Positions 35,941 to 46,388 are shown, counted from the first letter of the stretch. The stretch is DNA of 64,000 bases from a candidate division WWE3 bacterium RAAC2_WWE3_1 (GCA_000503835.1 CP006914.1:239341-303340), one strand, 5' to 3'. The notes: a model not told the origin generated them from the sequence alone. A program made the numbers and translations.

Positions 35941-37186
35941 CTTACAGTTTAATCCAAAACACCCGACATTAATGCTTATAGACATAAATTCCTGTTTCGC
36001 CACGATAGAACAGCAGGCCAACCCACAGCTGAGAGGCCGTCCTGTGGCAGTTGCGGCTTACGACACGCCCTCAGGATGCATTTTAGCCGCGTCGTACGAG
36101 GCAAAAAAGCTAGGTGTTAAAACCGGAATGCGCGTAAGGGAAGGAAAACTTCTGGCACCCGACCTTACGGTGCTCACCCCGGATCCTCAAAAGTATCGTG
36201 ATGTTCATTTAAAACTCCGCACCGTTTTGAATAAGTTCTCGGACGCGGTAGTTCCGAAATCCATTGATGAATTCATAGTAAATCTTGAAGGTTGTCCCTC
36301 ATTTAAAAAAGGGATGAGAAATGTTGCCTCTGAAATAAAGGAACTAATTAAAAAGAACGTCGGCGATTGGATAACTGTCTCCATCGGCATCGGTCCGAAT
36401 ATTTTTTTAGCGAAGACAGCCGCAGGTCTCAAAAAACCCGACGGCTTGGAAGAAATAAATATAAATAATTTCGAAACCGTTTATTCTTCTCTCGAAATTA
36501 CCGGTCTGCATGGAATCAAACAAAGTAATGCTGCCCGTCTGGCTACTCAAAACATCTATACAGTCATGGATTTTTACAAAGCTTCCTCAGCAACCCTTGA
36601 ACGAGCGTTCGGCTCCATAACCGGATACTACTGGTATCTACGCCTCCGCGGATGGGAAATAGATGATGTAGCGTGGGGCAGAAGAAGCTACGGAAATTCC
36701 TACGCAATACCCGACCGGCTATCAAAAAGCGAGGATCTTGCCCCCATTTTGTATAAATTAGTTGAAAAGACGGCAAGACGCCTAAGGAAAGCCGGTTACA
36801 AAGCTAAAGGAGTCAGCGTTTCCATAAACTACCGAGACGGCTCTCATTGGCACCACGGCCACATTATGGGCAAAACCCTTTTTGACCCCCGCGATATTTT
36901 TAAAGAAGCTTACAGAATAATGTGTCGGTCGCCTTACTACGGAAAAACGGTGGCCATACTGGCCGAATCGGTGTTTGAAATTTTTGACAACGACACCACG
37001 CAGTTAGATCTCTTCGACGATATAAATCGAAAAGAAAAACTTTATTCGGCCGTCGACGAAATCACTGATAGATGGGGAGAGTTTGTAATAACACCTGCGA
37101 GAATGCTGTCTGCCAAAAAACACGTTCACGACAGAATTGCTTTCGGTGGAATAAAAGAGCTCGAAGAATTTACACTTCAGGACTAA
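35924..37186 (+). CDS. dinB: DNA polymerase IV (Y family)
   Basis: IDINSCFATIEQ, AASYEAKKLGV.TGM, SIDEF, LAKTAA...KPDG; start ATG 35924. Confidence 0.93.
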   Translation: MDRLTNLQFNPKHPTLMLIDINSCFATIEQQANPQLRGRPVAVAAYDTPSGCILAASYEAKKLGVKTGMRVREGKLLAPDLTVLTPDPQKYRDVHLKLRTVLNKFSDAVVPKSIDEFIVNLEGCPSFKKGMRNVASEIKELIKKNVGDWITVSIGIGPNIFLAKTAAGLKKPDGLEEININNFETVYSSLEITGLHGIKQSNAARLATQNIYTVMDFYKASSATLERAFGSITGYYWYLRLRGWEIDDVAWGRRSYGNSYAIPDRLSKSEDLAPILYKLVEKTARRLRKAGYKAKGVSVSINYRDGSHWHHGHIMGKTLFDPRDIFKEAYRIMCRSPYYGKTVAILAESVFEIFDNDTTQLDLFDDINRKEKLYSAVDEITDRWGEFVITPARMLSAKKHVHDRIAFGGIKELEEFTLQD

Positions 37187-38412
37187 CGGAGGTATTTTGT
37201 TCCTTTAAGCTTGTCCGGAAAATATTCTATATCAGGAAGTTTTTTACCTTCGGGGCTATGGTAGTAATTGTAATTTTTTCCGTAACCGATGTCTTTCATT
37301 AATTTTGTAGGCGCATTTCTTATATGAAGGGGCACCGGAAGGTTACCGTATTTTACGGCGTCGTCCGCAGCCTTACCGTATGCGATATAAAGTTCGTTTG
37401 ACTTAGGGGATTTTGCAAAGTAAACAACAACCTCGGCGAGGGCGAGATTGCACTCGGGCATGCCTATTCTTTCGCAGGCCTGAAATGCTGCTACTGCAAT
37501 AACAAGGGCCTGGGGATCTTTGAGACCGATGTCCTCGGAGGCGAGCCTTATTAATCGTCTGGCAATATAAATAGGGTCCTGTCCCGCCTCAAGCATTCTT
37601 GCCAGCCAATAAAGTGCTGCGTCAGGGTCGGAACCGCGAATAGATTTATGTAATGCAGAAATTGTGTTGTAAAATTCTTCACCCTGCAGATCAAAGGTTA
37701 GCTGACTTTTCTGTAGCGCGGTTTTAATATCATCGAATGTGATTTCTTTTCCCTTTTGTAAATGAAAAGCTATTTCTAAAATATTAATACATGTACGTGC
37801 GTCGCCGTTACTACACTGAACTAAAAACTTCCTGGCATCTTTTTCAAGTCTTTTTCCTATGTCTTCCAGCGCCCTATCTACAATTTTATCCAGGTCTACT
37901 TCTGAAAGCTGACCCATGATTACTACGCGGCATCTGGATAGGAGAGGAGCAATAACTTCGAAAGAAGGATTTTCGGTAGTTGCCCCCATAAAAATAATTT
38001 TCCCTTGTTCAACCAACGGAAGAAGTGCGTCTTGTTGAGCTTTATTAAATCTATGAATTTCGTCGATAAAAACGACCGGAGCTCCGACCCTTTTCTTTGA
38101 CGAGGTATCCTGAGTCCACAAATTAGGTGAGGCAGTTTTACCGTTATCCTCTAATTCTTTTTCGATAGTTTTAACCGAAGTATTTACTGCACTGAACTCG
38201 TAAAACCTGCGGTTTGTTTCCGACGCGATTATTCTTGCCAACGTAGTTTTACCCACACCAGGAGGCCCCCAGAATATTAACGAAGGAAAAAATCCGGTTG
38301 CTAGTGTGTTCTTCAAAAGTTCGGAGATTATTCCGCCATCGCCCAACAGCTTTTCGTGACCCGACATTTCATTTAAGTTTTTAGGACGTATCTTATCTGC
38401 TAAAGGCTGCAT
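37183..38412 (-). CDS. rarA: Replication-associated recombination protein A (MgsA)
   Basis: PLADKIRP, WGPPGVGKTT, DEIHRFNKAQQD, ISALHKSIRGSDPDAALYW. Confidence 0.96.
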   Translation of the reverse strand: MQPLADKIRPKNLNEMSGHEKLLGDGGIISELLKNTLATGFFPSLIFWGPPGVGKTTLARIIASETNRRFYEFSAVNTSVKTIEKELEDNGKTASPNLWTQDTSSKKRVGAPVVFIDEIHRFNKAQQDALLPLVEQGKIIFMGATTENPSFEVIAPLLSRCRVVIMGQLSEVDLDKIVDRALEDIGKRLEKDARKFLVQCSNGDARTCINILEIAFHLQKGKEITFDDIKTALQKSQLTFDLQGEEFYNTISALHKSIRGSDPDAALYWLARMLEAGQDPIYIARRLIRLASEDIGLKDPQALVIAVAAFQACERIGMPECNLALAEVVVYFAKSPKSNELYIAYGKAADDAVKYGNLPVPLHIRNAPTKLMKDIGYGKNYNYYHSPEGKKLPDIEYFPDKLKGTKYLR

Positions 38413-38466
38413 TTAAATACCCAAATATTACCCGTAGGGAAATAATACATTTGAAAGGGGCAACCG

Positions 38467-39573
38467 TCAAAGTTTGAATACTTTTTGTAATATCCTGGAA
38501 ATAAGGTCGTTACCTTTTTTAGCGGTCAGTCTGGAGCGGAGAGATAGATCCAATCCAAGATTGGTGACACTGGCAACGGCTAAAGTTAAAAGCTTAAGTC
38601 TCGGAAATATTAAAAAGACCGCAAATAAAACGGTGTTGAACGTAACAAATTTTATTAGGTCTCTTTTAGCATCGTTAAAGCTTTTTCTTATTGCTTCTTT
38701 TAACATACCCATTGTTGTTCTCTTTGTGCCCATAAAATTTTCAAGTTCGTGAGAAAAGTTCAGGTAGTACTTTCTGGCGCTGGCGAATATTTTTATCATA
38801 TTTCTTAGAACTTCCAACGATACGGTAGTTACAATAAGAGCTAAGGTGGTAATTACGTGTTTGTCGTAAACAAAGCTTCTCACCATTAAGTCATAATCCC
38901 GGAACTCGGCTTTTAAGGGAATGTTAAGGTCGGCCGGTAAAAAGAAAAGGTCGGTGCTATCCATGGTTAAAAAGAAAATAAATAGAATGACCTCGACCCC
39001 GTCAATAAATCCGGCTTTGAACCTTTTTTGAAACTGTCCTTTCCAGGTAAGTTCTATTACAATTTCAGGCTGAGGTTTGCTTAAAAAGCCAAAACCTAAA
39101 ATAGCCACGGCAGTGATTGCTACAGTCATTATGGTAACGTCGTACGTTTTACCTACCGACTTATATACATACAAAAGGAGAACGTAAACCAAAAAAGCGG
39201 CTATATAAGCGAAGATCGGCGTTGCGAATAAAAGGAACTCTTTTAAAAGGTCGACGAATCTTCTCCAGAGGTTTTTAAGGAATTCCAGGAAGTCTATAAA
39301 AGTTAGTGCGCCCTCGAGCAGCATATCCAAAATCCTGCCGGCTTCATTTTTCATCCCTATTATCACGAGAATTCCCAAAGTGAAAAATATAGCTGCCGAC
39401 GCTATAAGAATTATCCAGATTACGTTAAGAATTACCGAAACCGCTTCCGGGAATAAAAATCCTGCCGCGAGGAACAAAGCCAGGATTACAATCAGTGTCG
39501 TAAGAAGTGAAAATACTTTCCTATCCATATTATTTCGGCCAACCTGGCCTGTAAATATATCTTTTAGTGTCAT
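38467..39573 (-). CDS. Polytopic membrane protein, unknown function
   Basis: 368 aa with multiple hydrophobic segments; overlaps the map stop codon. Confidence 0.8.
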   Translation of the reverse strand: MTLKDIFTGQVGRNNMDRKVFSLLTTLIVILALFLAAGFLFPEAVSVILNVIWIILIASAAIFFTLGILVIIGMKNEAGRILDMLLEGALTFIDFLEFLKNLWRRFVDLLKEFLLFATPIFAYIAAFLVYVLLLYVYKSVGKTYDVTIMTVAITAVAILGFGFLSKPQPEIVIELTWKGQFQKRFKAGFIDGVEVILFIFFLTMDSTDLFFLPADLNIPLKAEFRDYDLMVRSFVYDKHVITTLALIVTTVSLEVLRNMIKIFASARKYYLNFSHELENFMGTKRTTMGMLKEAIRKSFNDAKRDLIKFVTFNTVLFAVFLIFPRLKLLTLAVASVTNLGLDLSLRSRLTAKKGNDLISRILQKVFKL

Positions 39574-40349
39574 TTGTCTTTTCTAGTTAAAATTTCGTAA
39601 CCGTCTTTCGTTACTAAAATCGTGTGCTCGGCCTGGGCAAAGTATCCTCCGTCAGCCATACGTGTTTCCCATTCGCTTTCGTTGACTACGATGTCGTCTC
39701 CGGTGCAAACGAGAGCCTCGATGCATATAGTCATTCCCTCGACAAGCTTCGGACCGTCGTTTACGCCGCCGTAACACGGTATTTCAGGATATTCGTGCAT
39801 TTCCGAGCCTATACCGTGGCCTGCGTAGTCTTTGAGTACATTCAAACCTTGAGATTCTACTATTTTTTGCATTTTATTGCTAATCCTGCCAATGCGTACG
39901 CCGGGACCCACTTCGGAAATAGTTTCGTAAAGTGCTTTTTCTGCCGTATTCACTAAAAGGCTTTTTAGGCTGTTTGTGTTTTTTCCGACAACAGTGGAGA
40001 ATGCGGCGTCAACGTTCAGACCCTTGTATTTGATTACGGTATCGACGGTCACAACATCACCGTCCTTTAAAATAACGCCTTTTTTCGGAAAACAGTGAAC
40101 AGATTGGTCGTTTATGCTTAGGCAAAGTCCCGTAGGAAACTCAGGCATACCGTGGGGGGAATATCCTTTACACGTAGGGGCGACTTTATTTTTACTGCAC
40201 ATTTTTATAAATTCTTTTTCCAGATCGAGAGAATCCCTGCCCGGAACTAGCATTTTCTTAAGTTCAGACAGAGTTTCGGCAAGTATTTTTCCTCCGTGCC
40301 TCATTTTGTTGATATCTTCGGCGTTTTTTACAAAATCCATATAGTCCAT
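39570..40349 (-). CDS. map: Type I methionine aminopeptidase
   Basis: CLSINDQSVH, D..D, GHGIG..MHE.P, IE, AQAEHTI; true start may be ATG 40340. Confidence 0.95.
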   Translation of the reverse strand: MDYMDFVKNAEDINKMRHGGKILAETLSELKKMLVPGRDSLDLEKEFIKMCSKNKVAPTCKGYSPHGMPEFPTGLCLSINDQSVHCFPKKGVILKDGDVVTVDTVIKYKGLNVDAAFSTVVGKNTNSLKSLLVNTAEKALYETISEVGPGVRIGRISNKMQKIVESQGLNVLKDYAGHGIGSEMHEYPEIPCYGGVNDGPKLVEGMTICIEALVCTGDDIVVNESEWETRMADGGYFAQAEHTILVTKDGYEILTRKDK

Positions 40350-40405
40350 TATACCCCAGAATTAAAGGGTTTTCTTAAATGGCCAAAAAGTGATAACATT
40401 TGCTC

Positions 40406-41143
40406 ATGCCCGATAATAGACTTATAAATATATCCCTTTTATTAAATATCTTTGTGTCAATTTTGTTTGCCGCCTTAGTTGGTACGGGGGTGTGGTATCT
40501 GCTAAAAGTACTGACACCGCAGACAATATCTGTATCCGGGTCGTCTACCTCTCAGGTAAAAAACCAGATTGCATCATACTCTCTGACTATAGAGGTATCT
40601 GACGCTGACAAGGCAAAAGCTGTTGAAGCACTTACTGAAAGGTCCAAAAACGTAGTGCAGATGATCAAGGATTTCGGTATACCCGAAGAAGACATTGAAA
40701 CAACCAGTCTAAACATTTATCAAAGACAGGATTCAGTGTATCGCGGCGGCGTTACTACCTATGAGCTCGGAGACTGGTTCGCTTCGTACACCATAAATTC
40801 CAAACTTCGTGATTTGGCAAGGTCGGACGATCTCACAGCATTGCTGGCAACAGTCGAAAAAGCCTCTATGTGGGGACCGAACCTCACAATCGACGACAAA
40901 ATGATAGATGAAGAAGCGTTGCTTAACGCCGCCATCGAGGATGCCAGAAACAAAGCCTCGGCAATAGCCGTGGGAATGGGGAGAAAACTCGGGAAGGCTG
41001 TTCAAATCAACGAAGGCTTCGTTCAATACATGTACGGAGGCATCAAAAATGAAGCGTTCGGAGCGGGCGGCGGAGGGATACCTATTGAGCCGGGTTCCAC
41101 ATCGACCTATAAGAACGTTACCGTGATATTCGAACTGAGATAA
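40406..41143 (+). CDS. SIMPL/DUF541 domain protein
   Basis: TISVSG, GIPEEDIETTSLNI, AIEDARNKA..IA...G.KLG, IEPG. Confidence 0.9.
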   Translation: MPDNRLINISLLLNIFVSILFAALVGTGVWYLLKVLTPQTISVSGSSTSQVKNQIASYSLTIEVSDADKAKAVEALTERSKNVVQMIKDFGIPEEDIETTSLNIYQRQDSVYRGGVTTYELGDWFASYTINSKLRDLARSDDLTALLATVEKASMWGPNLTIDDKMIDEEALLNAAIEDARNKASAIAVGMGRKLGKAVQINEGFVQYMYGGIKNEAFGAGGGGIPIEPGSTSTYKNVTVIFELR

Positions 41144-41174
41144 TGACCAAGACCTTAAGAGGTATTTTTATCGG

Positions 41175-43640
41175 TTAAACAACTAAACTTACGATTTTAC
41201 CTTTTATGTATATTATTTTTCTTATCTGACGGCCGTCAAGCGACTTTGTTATATCGGCGTTGTTTTTTAAAAGTTCAGCGATAGTTTGCTCATCGGCGTT
41301 CGGAGCTACCTCAATCTCGGCACGAACCTTTCCATTCACCTGAACCGGAATGATAATAGTACTCTCGGCTAATTTAGAGGGGTTGTACTTAGGCCAGTCC
41401 TGCAAATGAACACTATTCCTCTTATCCCAGCTCTTGAAACCGTTTATCTCATGCCAAAGTTCTTCAGCTACAAAGGGTATAAATGGAGCGAGCATCTTAA
41501 TGTAGCCTTTCCATTGTGCCGCACTTATTGACGGGGTTTTCTTTGCGGCGTTGGCGAAAATCATGAACTCACTTACACAAGTGTTCATTTTTAGGTCTTC
41601 ACACATACCTGTCACTTTTTTAACCATCAAATTGTAATCTTTTTCCAGCTCTACGCCTGCATCTTCGTCATCTCTCACCTTGTTCTTTAAAAGAAAGAGG
41701 TTATCGATAAACTTTTTAGTTGCTTTAACTCCGTGGTCATCCCATGGATATGTTTCGTCGTAGGGACCGATAAAACAAAGGTACAGTCTGCAGGCGTCAG
41801 CCCCGAAATATTCCACAATTTCCTTAGGGTTAATAACATTCCCGCGCGACTTAGACATCTTCTGCCCGTCTGCTCCCAGTAATAGGCCACCCGTCATCCT
41901 CCATTTATACGGTTCTGAGGTAGGCACTAACCCAAGGTCATAAAAAAATCTGTGCCAAAACCTGGAATATAAAAGGTGCGCGGTTGTGTGACCGCCGTCA
42001 CCGAAATATTTATCGACGGGAAGCCAGTACTTCAGGATTTCAGGGTCCGCGAAGGCCTTTTCATTTTTTGGGTCGCAGTATCTTATGTAATACCAGCTCG
42101 AACCTGCCCATGTAGGCATGGTTTCGGTCTCTCTTTTTGCGGAATTCCCGTTTTTGTCCACAGTCGCGACCCAATCCGTTAATCTTGCCAGGGGAGCACC
42201 GCCGCTTTCAGAAGGCTGGTAATCTTTGGTATAAGGAAGTTCCACAGGAAGTTTTTTATGCACTTCTTCCATGTCCTTCGTATCAACAACAGCTTCGACA
42301 CTACCGTCACTTTTATAAACAACAGGAATGGGTTCCCCCCAATATCTCTGACGGGAAAATACCCAGTCACGAAGCTTGTAATTTATCTTGAACCTACCGA
42401 AGTTTTCTTTTTCGGCTTTTTCGATCATTTCCACTATCGCCTGTTCGGAGGACTTACCTGAGTAGTCGCCCGAATTTATGGAAATCCCGTAACCTGTGTA
42501 GGCTTCTTTATGGACATCTACAGATGTATCGTCGGCCGGTCTGACAACCTGCCTTATTTCCAAACCGTATTTAACAGAAAATTCGTGGTCTCTTTCATCA
42601 TGTGCAGGAACACACATTACAGCTCCCGTACCGTAGGTAGTGAGAACAAAATCTGCCACCCAAACCGGACATTTTTCCCTGCTGAAAGGGTTCAGAACAT
42701 AAGTACCCGTGAATACCCCGGATTTATCTTTTTGTATCGCTGTCCTCTCCATTTCAGTTTTTTGTTTTGCAGCTTTAACGTATTTTTCAACATCGCCCCG
42801 CTGTTTTTCTGCAACAAAATCGTATAAATTTTCATATTCGGGTGAAATTACAACCGCGGAAGCTCCGTAAATAGTATCTATCCTTGTCGTGAAAACGGTA
42901 ATCGTTTTGGCGCTGCTTTCTGTTTTAAAAACTACCTCTGCTCCCACTGACTTTCCTATCCAGTTGATCTGAGCGGTCTTTATGTAATCCGGAAAATCAG
43001 TCTCTTTAAGCCCGTCTATAAGTTTTTCGGCGTACGCTGGTATCTTTAAGACCCACTGCCTGAACATTTTCCTTTCGACAGCATACCCACCGCGTTCGCT
43101 TACCTTCTGACCGTCTTTTCCCGTCAATACTTCTTCTTCCGCAAGGACACCCAGCTCTTTGCACCACCAAACCGGCATTTCCTCCTGCACGGCAAGCCCG
43201 TTCTCAAAAAATTTCAGGAATAGCCACTGCGTCCATTTGTAATACTTAGGATCGGAGGTTGTAATTTCACGATTCCAGTCGATGCCGTAGCCGAAATCCT
43301 GTGCCGATTGCTTATAACCTTTCGCGAGTTCTTCGGTCACTTCCTGCGGGGTCTTACCCATTTTTAACGCGTACCCTTCTGTCGGAAGACCGAAAGCGTC
43401 CCAGCCCATTGGGTACATTACGTTATAGCCGTTCATTCTGAGAAAGCGCGAATAAACGTCGGGCACCGTGTATCTCATCATATGCCCGGCGTGCAAATAA
43501 GGTCCGGAAGGGTAGGGGAGTTCGGCCAGAATATACTTCTTAGGTTTTTCCGAAAAATCCACAGCCTCGTAAATGTTGTCACGATACCAAAATTCTTTCC
43601 ATTTATTCTCTACTTGTTTATGATCGTACTTTTTTTCCAT
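41175..43640 (-). CDS. leuS: Leucine--tRNA ligase
   Basis: PYPSG..LHAGH (HIGH), KMSKS, DWVFSRQRYWGEPIP, editing domain. Confidence 0.98.
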   Translation of the reverse strand: MEKKYDHKQVENKWKEFWYRDNIYEAVDFSEKPKKYILAELPYPSGPYLHAGHMMRYTVPDVYSRFLRMNGYNVMYPMGWDAFGLPTEGYALKMGKTPQEVTEELAKGYKQSAQDFGYGIDWNREITTSDPKYYKWTQWLFLKFFENGLAVQEEMPVWWCKELGVLAEEEVLTGKDGQKVSERGGYAVERKMFRQWVLKIPAYAEKLIDGLKETDFPDYIKTAQINWIGKSVGAEVVFKTESSAKTITVFTTRIDTIYGASAVVISPEYENLYDFVAEKQRGDVEKYVKAAKQKTEMERTAIQKDKSGVFTGTYVLNPFSREKCPVWVADFVLTTYGTGAVMCVPAHDERDHEFSVKYGLEIRQVVRPADDTSVDVHKEAYTGYGISINSGDYSGKSSEQAIVEMIEKAEKENFGRFKINYKLRDWVFSRQRYWGEPIPVVYKSDGSVEAVVDTKDMEEVHKKLPVELPYTKDYQPSESGGAPLARLTDWVATVDKNGNSAKRETETMPTWAGSSWYYIRYCDPKNEKAFADPEILKYWLPVDKYFGDGGHTTAHLLYSRFWHRFFYDLGLVPTSEPYKWRMTGGLLLGADGQKMSKSRGNVINPKEIVEYFGADACRLYLCFIGPYDETYPWDDHGVKATKKFIDNLFLLKNKVRDDEDAGVELEKDYNLMVKKVTGMCEDLKMNTCVSEFMIFANAAKKTPSISAAQWKGYIKMLAPFIPFVAEELWHEINGFKSWDKRNSVHLQDWPKYNPSKLAESTIIIPVQVNGKVRAEIEVAPNADEQTIAELLKNNADITKSLDGRQIRKIIYIKGKIVSLVV

Positions 43641-43683
43641 AAAAAGGTTGTAATTTAGTTGATTTTATAATATATTTCACACC

Positions 43684-43860
43684 ATGGCAAAGAAAAAAGG
43701 TAATAGATTATTAATAGGGCTTGAGTGCACGGAAACGGGCATGAGGTCATACATTAGTCAAAAAAACCGCATCAACACAACGGATAAGGTTGAATTGATG
43801 AAGTACAATCCCAGACTTAGGAAACACACGCTGCATAAAGAAGTTCTGAGGCTCAAGTAA
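43684..43860 (+). CDS. rpmG: 50S ribosomal protein L33 (absent from the ORF track, 58 aa)
   Basis: Translated by hand: [58 protein letters not shown]. Confidence 0.95.
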   Translation: MAKKKGNRLLIGLECTETGMRSYISQKNRINTTDKVELMKYNPRLRKHTLHKEVLRLK

Positions 43861-43872
43861 ATTTCGAAAGGT

Positions 43873-45279
43873 TTAACTAAGTTCCTTCCTTTCGGTGTCT
43901 TTTCTTAATGCTTTTCTTATCTCTTCCCGGGCTTTACGCGTTTTAACAAAGTCCAGCCAATCAGAGCTAGGTGATTTTTTGTGTTTCAACGTTTTTATTT
44001 CCACTCTGTCACCATCCTTCAACTCATAACTAAGCTTCTGAAAGTCACCGTTTACAGTAACTCCGACACAGGCATTACCCAGGTCTTTGTGAATGCTGTA
44101 GGCGAAATCTACGGGTGTGGCTCCGCGTGCCAGCTGTTTGATATCGCCTTTTGGTGTGAACACGTAAACGTATTTTTTGAACTGATCTATCCTGATCTCA
44201 CCTTTGTTTTTGATAAAGCTTATGTCGGTGAGCCAGTCCGGTGCCGCCTGAAAACTTTTCTTTAACTGCTCTCCGGTTTTGTAAAAAGTGTGGCTTGCAA
44301 TGCCGAATTCATTTTCCTCATGCATTTCCTTTGTTTTGATCTGTACTTCCAGGTTCATGGTGGGGCTAACCGCGAAAGTGTTATGGATACTTCGATAACC
44401 GCTGGGTTTTGGGTGCAGAATATAATCGTCGCGTTCCTCGGAAATACTGCCCCATACCTGTTTTAAAATATCTTCCGTCAGGTAACATTGCTCTACTGAG
44501 TCGACAAGAACTCTCATTGCGGCTATATCATAGATCTGATTAAGACCTTTGTAGTTCTTGGTTTCACGGTACTTTTGAGCCTTCCTGTAAATACTGTAAG
44601 TATGTTTAATCCTGTAATCTATTATCGCCGGTATTCCTTTCTCTTCGAGGATGTCCTTTACAAACTCGGCGGTATCTTTGAGGACGCTTTCCATCTCAGG
44701 CATTTTCTTTTTAAGGTACGACTCGATGGAGTAGTATTCTCCCGGATTTAATATTTTGAAACCTTCGTTTTCCAGCTCCACAACAAATTTATGGATACCT
44801 AAGAGTTGGCATATCGGGGAATACAGGTACATTGCCTTTTCCGCTACACGCCGGGCGTTTTCTTTAGGAAGTACGTACACGGATCTGATATTATCGACTT
44901 TATCGGCAAGCCTTACTATCAGAGTCTTGGGGTTTTTAATAAGATTCAGGTAGGTCTGGACAATTATATTTTCGTTGTAGTTTTTGGGGTCTATAGAACT
45001 TATTTCATTGGCTGAGATACGTCCGTATTCCAAAACTATCTCAGCAATTTCCGGCCCAAAATCCTTTTTAAGGTCTTCTTTTGAGTATTTCTTTGTGTCG
45101 AGTATGTGGTGCAGATACGCCCCCGCCAATATCTCAGGGTCGTTGACATTGTTCTCTTCGAGAAGTTCCGCAACCCGGTGCAAGTGCCAGTAATAGCCCT
45201 CGCCCGATAAGCGCATATGATTTTCATGTATTTTGAGGGCAACCGCCCCTGCTTTTTCAACAACATCTTTATCTATCAT
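43873..45279 (-). CDS. RelA/SpoT homolog (degenerate HD, synthetase, TGS)
   Basis: R.SGE.Y..H; RIKHTYSIYRK, DIAAMR, PKPSGYRSIH, EVQIKT; VFTPKGD...TPVDFAYSIH. Confidence 0.93.
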   Translation of the reverse strand: MIDKDVVEKAGAVALKIHENHMRLSGEGYYWHLHRVAELLEENNVNDPEILAGAYLHHILDTKKYSKEDLKKDFGPEIAEIVLEYGRISANEISSIDPKNYNENIIVQTYLNLIKNPKTLIVRLADKVDNIRSVYVLPKENARRVAEKAMYLYSPICQLLGIHKFVVELENEGFKILNPGEYYSIESYLKKKMPEMESVLKDTAEFVKDILEEKGIPAIIDYRIKHTYSIYRKAQKYRETKNYKGLNQIYDIAAMRVLVDSVEQCYLTEDILKQVWGSISEERDDYILHPKPSGYRSIHNTFAVSPTMNLEVQIKTKEMHEENEFGIASHTFYKTGEQLKKSFQAAPDWLTDISFIKNKGEIRIDQFKKYVYVFTPKGDIKQLARGATPVDFAYSIHKDLGNACVGVTVNGDFQKLSYELKDGDRVEIKTLKHKKSPSSDWLDFVKTRKAREEIRKALRKDTERKELS

Positions 45280-45323
45280 GTTAAAAACGGAAACCTCCCC
45301 TCATGTTTATTATCTCAGTAGTG

Positions 45324-46370
45324 TCAATCCGCGCAAGTACGGAGTTCGTCCATAAATTTAGAGTAAAACGCGAGGTTATGAATAGTGGCAAGACGCCCGG
45401 CGTTCGAGTCCTTTCGGTTGAACAGGTGATAAAGGTATGCACGGCTGTGCTGCGAACAAACTTCGCAGGAACAGGATGCTGAGACAGGTCTGTTGTCCGT
45501 TTCGTGCTTTCTAGCACGCATATAGATAAACTCGTAGCCTTTCTCTGCTCCGTCCTTAAAAACGTAAAGCCTTTTGTGCCTTGCGTCTCTTGTCGGAAGG
45601 ACGCAATCGAACATGTTGTACCCCATTTTTACACATTTTCTAATATCTTCCGGTTTTCCCACACCCATCGCATATTTTGGTTTACCTTCGGGCATCAGCG
45701 AGGCGGAATAAGCTAATATTTCGTCCAGGAACTTTCCGTCCCCGTCCATCGGCCAGCCTCCGTAGGCATACCCGTCAAACCCTATCTTTATAAGTTCTTC
45801 CGCACATTTTTTCCTAAGTTCTTTGCTGTTTCCTCCCTGGATTATCGCGAACAACAGGGTCCTCTTACTTTTTAGTTTTGTAAACTCCTTCTTACATCTT
45901 TTAGCCCACTCTACCGTTCTGGCGACGGAAAGTTCCTGTTCCCGCTGAGATTCTCCGGGATCGGTGCAGTCATCCAGACACATCATGATATCGGCCCTCA
46001 GTCCGGCTTGAGTTCGGATACAGTTCTCGGGCGTAAGAATAATACTTTTCCTCGAACCGTCCATTTTAAATTTAATTCCGTCTTTTGTTATCTTTCCGTT
46101 ACCAGGGCTTCTTCTCACCAGCGACATTGCCTGAAATCCCCCTGAATCTGTGATTATGGGTATATTTAAGCCCATAAATTTATGGAGGCCGCCGCATTTC
46201 TCAATAGTATCGACCGTCTTATCAACTATGGCGTGATACGTATTAACAACCAAGCCCGTAGTTCCGGAAGCTAAAATATCCCGGGAAGAGATACCTTTTA
46301 TACACGCATGTGTCGCATCGGGGAAAAATGCCGGATATTCAATTGTACCGTGTTTAGTCTTTAAACCCAT
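45324..46370 (-). CDS. tgt: tRNA-guanine transglycosylase
   Basis: NTYH, TDSGGFQ, IIQGG, MGVGKP, FDCVLPTR, CSCEVC...HNL. Confidence 0.95.
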   Translation of the reverse strand: MGLKTKHGTIEYPAFFPDATHACIKGISSRDILASGTTGLVVNTYHAIVDKTVDTIEKCGGLHKFMGLNIPIITDSGGFQAMSLVRRSPGNGKITKDGIKFKMDGSRKSIILTPENCIRTQAGLRADIMMCLDDCTDPGESQREQELSVARTVEWAKRCKKEFTKLKSKRTLLFAIIQGGNSKELRKKCAEELIKIGFDGYAYGGWPMDGDGKFLDEILAYSASLMPEGKPKYAMGVGKPEDIRKCVKMGYNMFDCVLPTRDARHKRLYVFKDGAEKGYEFIYMRARKHETDNRPVSASCSCEVCSQHSRAYLYHLFNRKDSNAGRLATIHNLAFYSKFMDELRTCAD

Positions 46371-46388
46371 AAAATGCTAAAATGAACA

